Source of the DNA: a virus | Lineage: Duplodnaviria > Heunggongvirae > Uroviricota > Caudoviricetes | IMG/VR virus record: IMGVR_UViG_2600254985_000001 | Strand: one strand, 5' to 3' | DNA: 19,497 nt | In this document: in pieces, positions 8,704-18,485 of the stretch | Layout: each line of letters starts with the position of its first letter | How positions within the stretch are numbered: the stretch's first letter is position 1 | The notes under the pieces: model-generated | Told to the model about the DNA's origin: nothing | Database searches by the model: none | The model's input: only the letters and a program-made list of their open reading frames with translations | Translations under genes and position numbers: made by a program

Positions 8704-8979
8704 TTAAATTTCTTTCTGCCATAATTCGACAAGTTCTTTAAGCCCTTTACCGTCAGTATCGAACTCGAAGCTAGAACGGAAGTCAGAGAAGTCACTTTTA
8801 GCTTTTACAATGTTATCTTGAAAAAGAGCCAAGTATAGACCATATTGAACGAACTCCATTAGGTCAGTAATTTCTCCGTCTTCTTTTTTAAGTTCTGTAT
8901 CCATTGCCTTTTGTTGTTGGAAAAGGTCTTTACCTGTAATCATTTTAAATTTACGTGCTGTACTCAATTGTTTTGCCAT
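8704..8979 (-). CDS. tail assembly chaperone-like or small tail protein (91 aa)
   Basis: ORF between the major tail protein gene and the downstream chaperone ORF. Assigned on synteny only. Confidence 0.45.
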   Translation of the reverse strand: MAKQLSTARKFKMITGKDLFQQQKAMDTELKKEDGEITDLMEFVQYGLYLALFQDNIVKAKSDFSDFRSSFEFDTDGKGLKELVELWQKEI

Positions 8980-9016
8980 TTTATTTTATATTCCTTTACT
9001 TAATCTATTTTTAGTC

Positions 9017-9922
9017 TTATGAATGGTCAGTTACTGAAACTCCTGCGGTAACATCTTTATAACCCTCAGCGGAGAACTTTACGTTATAGGCACCTGGAGC
9101 AAGTTGTCCGTTTGTTGCTACTTTTCCATTTGCGTCATTAATCACTGATGTTACTTTTACAGTTCCACCATTAGAATCTTTCAAAGTGGCAGGCACTACG
9201 ATTCTTCCGTCATTATGACCCTTTGTAGCAGTAGTCACATTAGGAATAACAGGAGCTACGAGTGTAATTCCACCAGCTAGAACTGTATCAGGTTGCATAA
9301 TGAATAAACCACTTTCCATTTTCTTGACGAAATCTTTTGCTTGTTCTCCCCAAATTTCGTACTCAATAGCAGGGACTTTTTTACCGCCATTCAAATAAAT
9401 ATCTGACTCAGTCGCTTGTACTGCCAAAGTCCATTGGATAGGGTCTACACCGTCAACTGAATCTGTTTCTGATTCTTTTGTTGCTTCTGCTGTTGGTCTC
9501 AAATTTGGATAAACGACTACGCGATAACCGTCAACAAATTCCCCTGTAACTTTATCACGCTTACGCCCTTTAATAAGGTATTGAACACATTTCGTTTTCC
9601 AATTACCAGTAGGAGACCAACCCAAGCCATTTTCTGTTCTTTGTTGACCTAAAATGTCTTCTTTAAGCGATTGGTCTGTTTGAATGAATACCATTTCGCC
9701 TTGAAGTAAGGTAGCACCTTTTTTCACTCCATGGTCTGGCACGTCATCAGCTGGATAGCTGTTAGTCTCCGCTTGGTCTTCCATTGCGCCAACTGATACT
9801 AAACCAGTTACAATTTTATGGTTAGTAAACTCTGGTTTTCCGTTACTTCCCTTGGCCATATCAGCTACGATTAGAGCTTCATTACCAAAGAAAATCTCAC
9901 GTGAGTTATAATCTAATTTCAT
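9017..9922 (-). CDS. mtp: major tail protein (MTP) with C-terminal Ig-like domain
   Basis: 301-aa ORF upstream of the chaperone/TMP genes. The C-terminal approximately 90 residues (…VATNGQLAPGAYNVKFSAEGYKDVTAGVSVTDHS) resemble a bacterial Ig-like decoration domain. AAAGGA ribosome-binding site upstream. Confidence 0.75.
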   Translation of the reverse strand: MKLDYNSREIFFGNEALIVADMAKGSNGKPEFTNHKIVTGLVSVGAMEDQAETNSYPADDVPDHGVKKGATLLQGEMVFIQTDQSLKEDILGQQRTENGLGWSPTGNWKTKCVQYLIKGRKRDKVTGEFVDGYRVVVYPNLRPTAEATKESETDSVDGVDPIQWTLAVQATESDIYLNGGKKVPAIEYEIWGEQAKDFVKKMESGLFIMQPDTVLAGGITLVAPVIPNVTTATKGHNDGRIVVPATLKDSNGGTVKVTSVINDANGKVATNGQLAPGAYNVKFSAEGYKDVTAGVSVTDHS

Positions 9923-10029
9923 TTTTTATTTTCCTTTTTATTTTTTTATGCAGTACGTTTCCAATAATATATTGTCGTTGAACCAATTACTGCTGAACCG
10001 ATATTTTCCCATGCAATCCTAAATATATA

Positions 10030-12399
10030 TTAATCAATATCAATATTCCACATGCAAACAGGATATATTAAATCTTGTAACTGTGACATAATTTGAGCCA
10101 TTGAGTATTTGTTAGGGTGTATCGATCCATAAGTAACGCCATCTGAATTTAAAGCTGACCATGTTTTTATAGACATATCATTATGTGCGTAAGTTCTCGC
10201 TGTAAAATCAGCAAACGCACACTCGTATTTACGACATAATTCTTGTATTATAGGTCTAACATTTTGAAACCACTCTACATAGGTTCTCCCAGTATTATAA
10301 ACTGTTCCAACTGTTGGCAAAGTGATGATAATAGCCAAATCTTTTACGGTTTTATTATAAGCTGGTCTACCATTAACACTTGTATTTCCTCTTATTCTTT
10401 TCAATCCTTCTTCCATATTTGTTTTAAATAAGTTTAATCTTTGTTCTAGTGTTAACCCAGCGAACTTCGTATGGTTTTTATCAGCGTCATTCATTCCCCA
10501 TCCAATTATTAAAAGGTCTGGGTTATGTTCCATCGATGTTTGTAAAAAACCATTAGGGTATTTTTGTAAATAGTAAGGCAAAGCATAAGTTGGGTTTCCT
10601 ACCCATTCATTCGTATTTCTACCACCAAAACCATTGTTTAGTATTGATAATTTTTTTAAATCATAATTCCCTGCCTTCATTATTTTTTTAAGTGCATAAT
10701 CTTTCATGCCAAAAAAAGTATCTTGAACCGATGATAGTGGAGCGTAACCAGCAGTTATACTATCTCCGTCTAATGCTATTGATATATTATTTACACCGTC
10801 ATAAATTTTCTCATACCAATGCTCTAAATATTCATGTCCCCAAATAGGTGTAACTGGATATTTGTAATAATCAAACGCAGTAGTAGTTGTTGTAACAGTG
10901 TCATTACTTACTGACGGGGTATAATTTACCATTTTTTGAAAACTATCTAAATTACTCGGTACGTTGTTAGTGGATGAAGTGTAATTTAAAACTTGCATGT
11001 CTGCTAATATCATGTCAATATCAGATTGTGTAAGAGGTTTTAATCTAACATACCCTTGAATAGCATATATTCCATTTGCGTTTATATTTTTTTCGTTTGT
11101 AACAGTAACACTCTCACATTTCAAAGTATTGCTATTAAATTTAACTAATTCTAATCTTAAATATTTTGAGTTAGTATATTTTAAAATAGAACCCTTATTT
11201 AATGTCATTTTTTGAGTTGAAAAGTATGTCTTGTTAATATCTTTTGAAGCACTACCAACACTATATTTTCCATATGTTACAGTCAAGTCAATATCAACTA
11301 ACATTCTATCTTTGAGAAATTTTAATTCATCTTCAATAATGTCTATTTTGTCTGTAGTTGAAATATATGATGTAAAAATAAAATTTGATTTTGTCGTTGC
11401 AACATCTTCTCCCATTTTTCCAAAACCAGTTTTGGCAGTTTGAAAAGCAATTTTGCCAATATGCTTTATACTCATTCCATTTTTTACTTCGCCATAGCGT
11501 AAAAAAGCACCATTTTTATCATATAAAAAATATTTATAAAGTGTATAATTAGTTGGATTTTTAATATTTAATTCAACAGTACCGCTAATATCAAACTTTA
11601 CAGTTCTATTCATAGACTCATTAATAACTGTTTCGCCATTATTATCATTATATTTACCAACTTCCCAAGCAACATTTAAAGTTGTTGGTGTTAAACTGTT
11701 CGCTTGTGCTTCGGTAGCCTTTGCCATTGCATTTTTGGCTTCACTTTCAGCTTGTTTTGCTGTTTCTTGAGCAGTTGTTACATTTTGATTTGTGATTAAT
11801 AAATCTGATTGTTCAGCTTTTGTTGAAATTGCAATCCCTTGCCTGCTGACATCAGCTTGTAAGTTGTTCAAGTCTGTTTGATTGGCTTTAAGCTCAATAT
11901 TGCTCTTGTTTGATTCAGTTTGAGCATGTAAGTCATTCAACTCACTACGCATTACTTGTGGCATATTTTCCAATAATAATTTTGTAAAATCATCAATCTT
12001 ATTATTTACTTCTTGAGCTAAATCTGTAACCGTAGAATTATCTGATATAAACGTAAGGTTCTTGCTGACGATAACCTGCTCTTTATCTTCATTGAGAAGT
12101 ATTAAGTTCGCTTCAATAACTCCAGTTTCTGTCATTTCGGTAGGAATTACTAAAATAAACTCTCCCTTAGTTAAGTTTTCAGGAGGAATCATAACAAAAC
12201 CTGAATTACTGCTATTAGTATATTGATATGTAAGTTTTAATGAATGGCCAGTCAAATCAATTTCGCCTCCATTATCAAGTATTTTAATTGACAATGTTCT
12301 AGCGTTGACGTCGCCTTGCATTATTTGAATTGGTTGTGGGAAGCCTTTATTGACCGTATCCCATACAATCGCTCTATTTTTAAAATTATCTAAACTCAT
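10030..12399 (-). CDS. large accessory virion protein (789 aa): N-terminal domain, coiled-coil stalk, central beta-rich region, C-terminal SGNH/GDSL hydrolase domain; candidate neck passage structure (collar-whisker) protein
   Basis: Lies between the head-tail joining genes and mtp. Residues about 140..240 are heptad-like and Ala/Gln/Glu-rich. The C-terminal region has SGNH blocks: ALDGDSITAGY (Ser547 codon at 10759..10761), NNGFGG, GWGMNDA, and DGVTYGSIHP. Confidence 0.7.
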   Translation of the reverse strand: MSLDNFKNRAIVWDTVNKGFPQPIQIMQGDVNARTLSIKILDNGGEIDLTGHSLKLTYQYTNSSNSGFVMIPPENLTKGEFILVIPTEMTETGVIEANLILLNEDKEQVIVSKNLTFISDNSTVTDLAQEVNNKIDDFTKLLLENMPQVMRSELNDLHAQTESNKSNIELKANQTDLNNLQADVSRQGIAISTKAEQSDLLITNQNVTTAQETAKQAESEAKNAMAKATEAQANSLTPTTLNVAWEVGKYNDNNGETVINESMNRTVKFDISGTVELNIKNPTNYTLYKYFLYDKNGAFLRYGEVKNGMSIKHIGKIAFQTAKTGFGKMGEDVATTKSNFIFTSYISTTDKIDIIEDELKFLKDRMLVDIDLTVTYGKYSVGSASKDINKTYFSTQKMTLNKGSILKYTNSKYLRLELVKFNSNTLKCESVTVTNEKNINANGIYAIQGYVRLKPLTQSDIDMILADMQVLNYTSSTNNVPSNLDSFQKMVNYTPSVSNDTVTTTTTAFDYYKYPVTPIWGHEYLEHWYEKIYDGVNNISIALDGDSITAGYAPLSSVQDTFFGMKDYALKKIMKAGNYDLKKLSILNNGFGGRNTNEWVGNPTYALPYYLQKYPNGFLQTSMEHNPDLLIIGWGMNDADKNHTKFAGLTLEQRLNLFKTNMEEGLKRIRGNTSVNGRPAYNKTVKDLAIIITLPTVGTVYNTGRTYVEWFQNVRPIIQELCRKYECAFADFTARTYAHNDMSIKTWSALNSDGVTYGSIHPNKYSMAQIMSQLQDLIYPVCMWNIDID

Positions 12400-12455
12400 T
12401 AAAAAATACCATTATTGTTAATTTCAATCAAATGTAATTAAACCACTTTCTACTT

Positions 12456-12842
12456 TTATAATTTCATTGAATTAGCATAAATAGCGCCTTTTTTCAATGT
12501 TGTTTTAACGTCTTGCATACCTTTTTTATTTCTTAAAAAGTACATACCATGATAACCGCTAGTATAATTAGCTCTAGTACCTGCGTCAATAACTATTTTA
12601 TCGCCTTTTTTAACTTGTTTTAAGTTACTTGATAATTGACCAGTATTTTGGTATCTAGCATAAGTATAGGTGTGACCATGACTTCTAATTAATCTAGTTC
12701 TTCGGCTTGCACTATTCGCTTTAGCTTTAAATTCTGCTTCAAACCAGTCGCCCATGCGTTCTGTTACTTTAGTTTGCATTTCTTTAGCTATGCTTGCTGT
12801 ATTAAGTAAATTCATTGCCATGCTTGACCACCTGCACCACAA
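12456..12842 (-). CDS. head-tail joining or tail completion protein (128 aa)
   Basis: Fourth small ORF after the capsid gene. Assigned by synteny with HK97-like and 936-type head-tail connector gene sets. Overlaps its upstream neighbour. Confidence 0.5.
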   Translation of the reverse strand: MWCRWSSMAMNLLNTASIAKEMQTKVTERMGDWFEAEFKAKANSASRRTRLIRSHGHTYTYARYQNTGQLSSNLKQVKKGDKIVIDAGTRANYTSGYHGMYFLRNKKGMQDVKTTLKKGAIYANSMKL

Positions 12843-13150
12843 GGCAAATAAACAGTACCAGTATAATTGTACAAATGGCTATTCTCTGACCAGTTCGTCA
12901 TATTCCAACCGTTTTGTAAAACATTTCCGACTAGTTCTACAAGTTCATCGTCAACATCTTTAACAGATAAAACAACTTGATAATAGTAACCCATGACAAA
13001 GCTCGTATTATCCATTTTAATGACCTTTGAGTCACTAAGTGATAAATATACCGTCTTGTCTTCTATCGTGTCCTTAACACCTAAAATAACGTCATTTAGA
13101 GGCATTGTAAGCAAATTGTTGTACCAATCTATATAAGAATCAAATTCCAT
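12812..13150 (-). CDS. head-tail joining protein (112 aa)
   Basis: Small ORF in the head-tail connector cluster, overlapping both neighbours. Assigned by synteny. Confidence 0.5.
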   Translation of the reverse strand: MEFDSYIDWYNNLLTMPLNDVILGVKDTIEDKTVYLSLSDSKVIKMDNTSFVMGYYYQVVLSVKDVDDELVELVGNVLQNGWNMTNWSENSHLYNYTGTVYLPCGAGGQAWQ

Positions 13151-13454
13151 TGCTTACTACCCCCTCTAAAATCATCTTGTTATTCTTAGGGTTTCTTTCC
13201 CATGTTGTACGCTTGAAAGTTTCGCCTTTTTCGTCCAAGAAATAGTTGAAAATCAAGTCTTCCATTTCTCCGATTCCGTTAAGCTCGTATCTTACGTTTT
13301 TACCTAGCCCAATCATAGAAAACTCATCAAGCCTTGTCTGACTAATTCTCTGTTTAACTGCTGGTAAAACGATAGGCTTTATAACATTAGCTTCTGCACC
13401 GTTCTTCTTCTTAACAGTCGTTTCTACCTGTAATGTAACTTGTGAGAATATCAT
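13140..13454 (-). CDS. head-tail adaptor or head closure protein (104 aa)
   Basis: Small ORF in the head-tail connector cluster, with its start overlapping the upstream stop. Assigned by synteny. Confidence 0.5.
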   Translation of the reverse strand: MIFSQVTLQVETTVKKKNGAEANVIKPIVLPAVKQRISQTRLDEFSMIGLGKNVRYELNGIGEMEDLIFNYFLDEKGETFKRTTWERNPKNNKMILEGVVSNGI

Positions 13455-13717
13455 TAAATACCTCCATAATACATTAACTCTTGCAAAGAAGCCAAACGTT
13501 TCATTTCAGCATTTCGCCATTGTTCTGCTGGTTCATCAACAATATTAAGCCGACAATAACAAGAAATAAAGTCTTTAACTAATACGCTTGTTTCGTCAGC
13601 TTTAATACCATTTTTTTCTAGCAATTTAATAGCTATTGAACGGAATAAGATAAGTTTACTATCATAAGCTGTTACTAAAATCGGAATACCACAATAGACC
13701 TTAATATAATCTATCAT
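13454..13717 (-). CDS. head-tail connector protein (87 aa)
   Basis: First small ORF downstream of the major capsid gene. Assigned by synteny. Confidence 0.5.
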   Translation of the reverse strand: MIDYIKVYCGIPILVTAYDSKLILFRSIAIKLLEKNGIKADETSVLVKDFISCYCRLNIVDEPAEQWRNAEMKRLASLQELMYYGGI

Positions 13718-13737
13718 TTACTTCCTCCATTTTATTC

Positions 13738-14940
13738 TTATGCTACTGTAATTACTGCACCAGCGTTATAAGTTTCAACATGACCGCTTGTTAGTGTTTC
13801 TACCAAAATCATGTTGCTGTTAGTTTTCCATTCAAAGGCATCAACTTTTGTAAGGTCTTGCATGTCAATGTGATACTTTTGGTCTACCAATACAGTAGGT
13901 TTGAGTGCTTTTGAACCTGTATAGACAATAATTTCATCTACTCCAACTTCAGAGGCAATTTCAGCGTCATCATTTTTAATACGAACGTGAGCATTTGCAG
14001 TTGCTTGACGTAACTCATCTAACAAGGCTTTACGGTCTTCTGCTTTAACAATCAAATAACGACGTCCAGCAGTAGGGCGAACAAAGTCAACCGCTTCTTC
14101 AATAGCGTCAGCAAATGGAGTTTTGCCAGCTGATTTGGCTTTTGTAGTAATCTTTTTGATTTTTTTGACGTCTGCTTCTTTTTCAATTGATTTAAAACCG
14201 TTTGTTCCGTCACCCTCAATAAGCGCAAGGTCAACAATTTTATTAACAATAGCTTGTGTAAGTTCCGCTACAATCAAGTTGTAAAGTTCAGAATATGACA
14301 TTTGAAGTCGTTTAACACGTTCAGCAAGTGATTGCAATTTATAAACCATTACAGGTTCAAGAGTATCAATAGTGAGAGCTGCAGCCTGTTCTACTTTTTG
14401 TTGTCCGTCTTTGTGGAGATTTGCTTCATTAGCTGAATCAAATGAGCGTGATACGAGCAAAGCGCCGACATTTGTAACACGGAATACTTTGAACACTGGG
14501 TTAGTATTTAACAAAACTGTGTTGATTGAATCAACCAATTTACGTGGAAGCTCAAAAGTTTTATCTGTGATAGTTACACCATTTTCAGCAAGTTTTGCGC
14601 TCCAAGCGTTTTTAATTTCTGATTTTCCAGAGTTCTTTTTCAATACATCAAAAAATTCTGTTACAGCGTTTTGTGATTCAATAAAGTTTGTCATTTTATC
14701 TTTTCCTTTTGGTTTTTCTTCCTGTGCGTTAAGTTCATTCTCAATTTTGATAATTTCAATTGAATTTTCTGAAAGTGTTTTTTCCAATTCTTGTACTTTT
14801 GGCAAGTCTTCAATTGCATTTTTTACTTCAAAGCCACTAATTTGAGATTTTAAAGATACGTTATTTTCTTTAAGTTCTGCCAAGCGGTTCTGTTTTTCGA
14901 TTAAATCAGGTTTATTCATATTTCTTTTTAATATCCTCAA
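13738..14940 (-). CDS. major capsid protein (HK97-like, with N-terminal scaffolding/delta domain)
   Basis: 400-aa ORF following the protease gene. The N-terminal approximately 100 residues are coiled-coil-like (…RLAELKENNVSLKSQISGFEVKNAIEDLPKVQELEKTLSEN…), as in delta-domain capsid proteins. Canonical portal-protease-capsid order. Confidence 0.8.
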   Translation of the reverse strand: MRILKRNMNKPDLIEKQNRLAELKENNVSLKSQISGFEVKNAIEDLPKVQELEKTLSENSIEIIKIENELNAQEEKPKGKDKMTNFIESQNAVTEFFDVLKKNSGKSEIKNAWSAKLAENGVTITDKTFELPRKLVDSINTVLLNTNPVFKVFRVTNVGALLVSRSFDSANEANLHKDGQQKVEQAAALTIDTLEPVMVYKLQSLAERVKRLQMSYSELYNLIVAELTQAIVNKIVDLALIEGDGTNGFKSIEKEADVKKIKKITTKAKSAGKTPFADAIEEAVDFVRPTAGRRYLIVKAEDRKALLDELRQATANAHVRIKNDDAEIASEVGVDEIIVYTGSKALKPTVLVDQKYHIDMQDLTKVDAFEWKTNSNMILVETLTSGHVETYNAGAVITVA

Positions 14941-15448
14941 TTTCTTTCAAAGCGTTACGGCTTTCAATAATTTTGTTACGTTCTTCTGTGAGTTCTTCGC
15001 CCAATGCATTTTGAATAAACTTTGCGTTAGGGTCAGCTGGTACTGAAACAAGAGAAATCTCTTTAAACTGTGCTTTATTTACAACTAGAGCATCATTTTC
15101 ATTAAACTCATAATCTGTAATGTAATAGGCAATTGATAGTGAATCAAACGCTCCATTTTCCACAGCTTTGTTAATGTTTGGTGCATTGTCGTAAAGCGTA
15201 AAGTCAGTCAGGTATTTATTAGAAGCTAAGTCATAATAAACTTTCGCGTCCCCAATTACTTCACTAGATCCAGCTCCGTGTTCATATAGCAATGGATATC
15301 GTTCTCTAGCAAACTCAATGCAGTTAGGGGTCAAGATAATACCGTTACGATTCTCTACGCCAACTTCTGAACCAATGCCTTGGAACGACTTAGAACCGTC
15401 CTCGTTTTCAGTTACTTTAATTTCAGCACTATTGGTTATTAGTTTCAT
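14912..15448 (-). CDS. prohead maturation protease (HK97 family) or scaffold-like protein
   Basis: 178-aa ORF between the portal and capsid genes. Overlaps both neighbours. Assignment is mainly by synteny. Confidence 0.55.
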   Translation of the reverse strand: MKLITNSAEIKVTENEDGSKSFQGIGSEVGVENRNGIILTPNCIEFARERYPLLYEHGAGSSEVIGDAKVYYDLASNKYLTDFTLYDNAPNINKAVENGAFDSLSIAYYITDYEFNENDALVVNKAQFKEISLVSVPADPNAKFIQNALGEELTEERNKIIESRNALKEIEDIKKKYE

Positions 15449-16565
15449 CTGTGCTTGTTACGTCCTTTCTATTGCCTTGTAAATCACTTAGGTTTTTAAC
15501 AGCAACTGCGTTAAGGTTTGTGACATAAATATCTCCGCCCTCGATTGGTTGCTCGCCCATTTTAACAAGAAGTTGATTCTGTGTAAAAATAGGAGCGTTG
15601 ATATTTTCGTGATACAAGTCAATTAATTCTTTCAAAGTTGCAAACTTGAATAGCTGGTTATCTACGATTATGCGTTCATAATATAAATTATCCTTAACTA
15701 CTCGTCTGCGGTTTGTTGAAATCAGTTTATAAGTCAGTTCCTTTTCAAGTTGAATCAGTAAAGGAATGATAGTAGAGTTATAAAAATAAATTTGTTGTTC
15801 TTGCGTAGCAGTACCAAGCAAAATATTTTCATTCATAAAGTAGCCTGTCAAAAGTTCCGATTTAATAAGGTCAATTTCATCTTTGTTTAAAACGGAATAA
15901 TCTTTTTTAAGTTCTACAATTTCCGTCTTGTTATCAACTGGTGTCAAACCATTGTAACTCGAACCCTCTTGCATGTTCTTTATTGTTGTTAAGGCTTTTT
16001 CTCGATACTCTTGCGTATTATCAATATCAAGAAAGGCATTAATTTTCAACAAGCCACGCAATTTACCTTGTTCCAGCTTAGTTTGAATACTAGCTAGAGC
16101 ATTATCTAAAATACTTGTATCCTCATTGATATAAAAAGGACTGATAAGCCTTACTAATTCTTCAGGTTTATATTCTTTTTTATCGTTAGCAAATAGTAGG
16201 TCTAATAGATCTCCTGTTTCACTATCAAATATAGGGTACAGGTCAACATAGCGCGTGCATAGCAACTTTTTAATTACTTTCTGCCAAAACTCCATGCTAT
16301 TGTGTTCGCCCTTAGAACTCCAGTTTAGAACCTCGTCTAAGTCAGAACCTGCCATACTAATCAAAGTATCAGAACCAACATCAGACTTTTTATATTTAAC
16401 ATGATTAAATTCTACTTTTGTTATTTCATTAGCGATTTTATTATGAATGTTAGTCACAAAGGCACTTGTATATTCTACCGCTTCGTTTTGCCACGCTGTA
16501 ACTCTTTGAGTATCATTGTTTAGCTTTCCACGTGAAAATGATACCACTTTTCCGAATAAGTTCAA
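15429..16565 (-). CDS. portal protein
   Basis: 378-aa ORF between the terminase/HNH genes and the protease gene. Assigned by synteny and size. Confidence 0.7.
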   Translation of the reverse strand: MNLFGKVVSFSRGKLNNDTQRVTAWQNEAVEYTSAFVTNIHNKIANEITKVEFNHVKYKKSDVGSDTLISMAGSDLDEVLNWSSKGEHNSMEFWQKVIKKLLCTRYVDLYPIFDSETGDLLDLLFANDKKEYKPEELVRLISPFYINEDTSILDNALASIQTKLEQGKLRGLLKINAFLDIDNTQEYREKALTTIKNMQEGSSYNGLTPVDNKTEIVELKKDYSVLNKDEIDLIKSELLTGYFMNENILLGTATQEQQIYFYNSTIIPLLIQLEKELTYKLISTNRRRVVKDNLYYERIIVDNQLFKFATLKELIDLYHENINAPIFTQNQLLVKMGEQPIEGGDIYVTNLNAVAVKNLSDLQGNRKDVTSTDETNNQ

Positions 16566-16577
16566 TTTTTCCCCTTT

Positions 16578-16862
16578 CTACCATAAACTCACACCTTTCC
16601 CACGTTTATACTCGCTTGTCTTCTTGTTATGGCAAGACTTACAAAGGAGTTGTAGGTTATCAGGGTTCAGCGCTATTTTCCAATCATCAAGATTTTCCCA
16701 AGTTAGTTCTATAATATGGTCTACTTCGTATTTTTTAGCACCGAATGCGCCACATCTTACGCAAGTCATCTTATCACGTTGTCTTACATAATCACGGACA
16801 GCCAACCATTCTTTTTTATTATACCAACCACTTTCTCGAACTGTGTCAACATTATACTTCAT
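16578..16862 (-). CDS. HNH homing-type endonuclease (terminase-associated)
   Basis: 94-aa ORF with paired Cys and an H-N-H core ([48 protein letters not shown]). Overlaps the terL 3' end by about 11 nt. Confidence 0.85.
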   Translation of the reverse strand: MKYNVDTVRESGWYNKKEWLAVRDYVRQRDKMTCVRCGAFGAKKYEVDHIIELTWENLDDWKIALNPDNLQLLCKSCHNKKTSEYKRGKGVSLW

Positions 16863-18474
16863 CTGACACCGCCATTTCTAAAGCCATTGTCAAAGCAACA
16901 GTAGGGTCAATTTTATCTTTTTCAAGTTTTTTAGTATACATATAGTCCCCATTTTGTCCGATTTTAACAGCAGTATTATTTAAAGCCCACTGCATGACTT
17001 TTTGGTTATGGATAAGTTTATTTTCCGCTAACTTAGATTTTAATAGCTTGATATAGTCACTCATTGAGAAACCTTGTCGAATTGCTCTTTGGTTGTCTCC
17101 ATCTTTGTCAAAGAAATAACGCTCAATCAGCCCTTTTAAAATTTCATAGCGAGCTGGGTCGTATCCGACTTTTCTAAGTCTGCACCCTGTTTTGGTTCTA
17201 AAGTCATTAATATGCGGTATTAAGTCGTTCACATTGATGTATTCCGTATCAAGTAAGATTAGTTCGCCTCTGTCAACGAATTCAGTCCATAACTCTTGTT
17301 GTTCTGTGTCCAGTTGCTCATATTGAGACCGTACAGAGAAAGTTAGCGTATGGCTGTAAGTTTTACCCTCTAACTCACAAACGAACGATACAGCGGTTAA
17401 ATCGCCAATTAAGGATAGGTCAATTCCGACATAAGTTCTATTTTTATTAAATACAGATAAATTAAAGTCTGTTAGTTTAGTGTCTTGCGGAGTGAAGTAG
17501 TAAGCTGTATCCTGCATAGGTAAGCCCATATTAAACGCTAAGAACTTATTCTGTAACGCTGGGTCTCCTTGCGCAAGCTCGTACTCCTCAATAACTCCTG
17601 ACCACTTAGGAACATTGCCAATAAGTGGTAAAGCCATAGTCCAATTCTTTTTATCTTTGACCTGCTCATGATTTTCTAGCATGTAAAGCAAGCCGAATGA
17701 CCTATCATTGTAAAATTCTTCTTCTGATTTGAATCGTTCAACAAGTTTATCATAAAGTCCGTCGCGTTTAAGTCCGCCAGAAGTGATGTAAATACTTTGC
17801 CAGTTATCTTGTTTTTGACGTGAACCTTTATTAACTGACTCTGTTATATCCTCGCCATAGGTATGGACTTCATCAAATATATTAAGGGAACTGTTACCAC
17901 CTTGCGCTCGTAAAGTATCATTTGTTTGCTTTTTAAAAGTGGTTTTGAAAGACGTAAATTCTAGCCCTTGTTTTGTACTCTTGAAAATCTTGTTTTCATT
18001 GTACACTCTTAATGTATCACTTGCTTCCGTTTGATTCCTAACTTGGTCAAATACGTGTCTAGCCTGTGTATTATCGTATGCAATAACTAGACTTTCTCCG
18101 CCATATTGTCCGCCTAAAATCATCCAGTTAAGCACGCGCGTAGCCATTAAACTAGACTTACCTGATCCACGGCCTAAATTAAGAAAAATCTCATTAATTA
18201 GGTTGACTTGAACACCTTTTTCATCAACCATATCATAGCCTAACATTAACTCATACCACCATTTTTGTGTTGGAAGTAGCTCAATTTTCATCAGGTTACC
18301 AGTAGTCAGGTAGAAGTTGTCTTCTATCCATTCAATAGCTTGCGTAACACGGTCATAGCGATAAATATATTTGTTATGAATACGTATTTGCTTCTGAATA
18401 GTCTTGCGAATGTACTTATTAATAATAATGCCGTTTTCTTTGTTGTATTCCAACATTTTATTTAAATAATACAT
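16852..18474 (-). CDS. terL: terminase large subunit
   Basis: 540-aa ORF with a Walker A-like motif (LGRGSGKSS, around residue 100) and acidic residues in the C-terminal nuclease region. Lies downstream of terS. Confidence 0.9.
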   Translation of the reverse strand: MYYLNKMLEYNKENGIIINKYIRKTIQKQIRIHNKYIYRYDRVTQAIEWIEDNFYLTTGNLMKIELLPTQKWWYELMLGYDMVDEKGVQVNLINEIFLNLGRGSGKSSLMATRVLNWMILGGQYGGESLVIAYDNTQARHVFDQVRNQTEASDTLRVYNENKIFKSTKQGLEFTSFKTTFKKQTNDTLRAQGGNSSLNIFDEVHTYGEDITESVNKGSRQKQDNWQSIYITSGGLKRDGLYDKLVERFKSEEEFYNDRSFGLLYMLENHEQVKDKKNWTMALPLIGNVPKWSGVIEEYELAQGDPALQNKFLAFNMGLPMQDTAYYFTPQDTKLTDFNLSVFNKNRTYVGIDLSLIGDLTAVSFVCELEGKTYSHTLTFSVRSQYEQLDTEQQELWTEFVDRGELILLDTEYINVNDLIPHINDFRTKTGCRLRKVGYDPARYEILKGLIERYFFDKDGDNQRAIRQGFSMSDYIKLLKSKLAENKLIHNQKVMQWALNNTAVKIGQNGDYMYTKKLEKDKIDPTVALTMALEMAVSDEV

Positions 18475-18485
18475 TCATTCCCTTT

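Noticed and set aside
8685-8706. Programmed -1 frameshift joining the two chaperone-slot ORFs
   Set aside because: The downstream ORF has its own ribosome-binding site and ATG with an in-frame TAA immediately upstream, and the ORFs are separated by a 19-nt gap rather than overlapping. No slippery heptamer was spotted at the junction.
14052-14845. ORFs 14052..14249 (-) and 14372..14845 (+) inside the major capsid gene
   Set aside because: They are nested within or antisense to the 400-aa capsid ORF and have low-complexity translations, so they are treated as shadow ORFs.
16516-16945. Plus-strand ORFs (16516..16791, 16532..16714, 16716..16904, 16745..16945) opposite the portal, HNH and terL junction
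   Set aside because: They are antisense to well-supported late genes, lack ribosome-binding sites, and have Ser/Phe/Leu-rich translations typical of antisense readings of AT-rich coding sequence.
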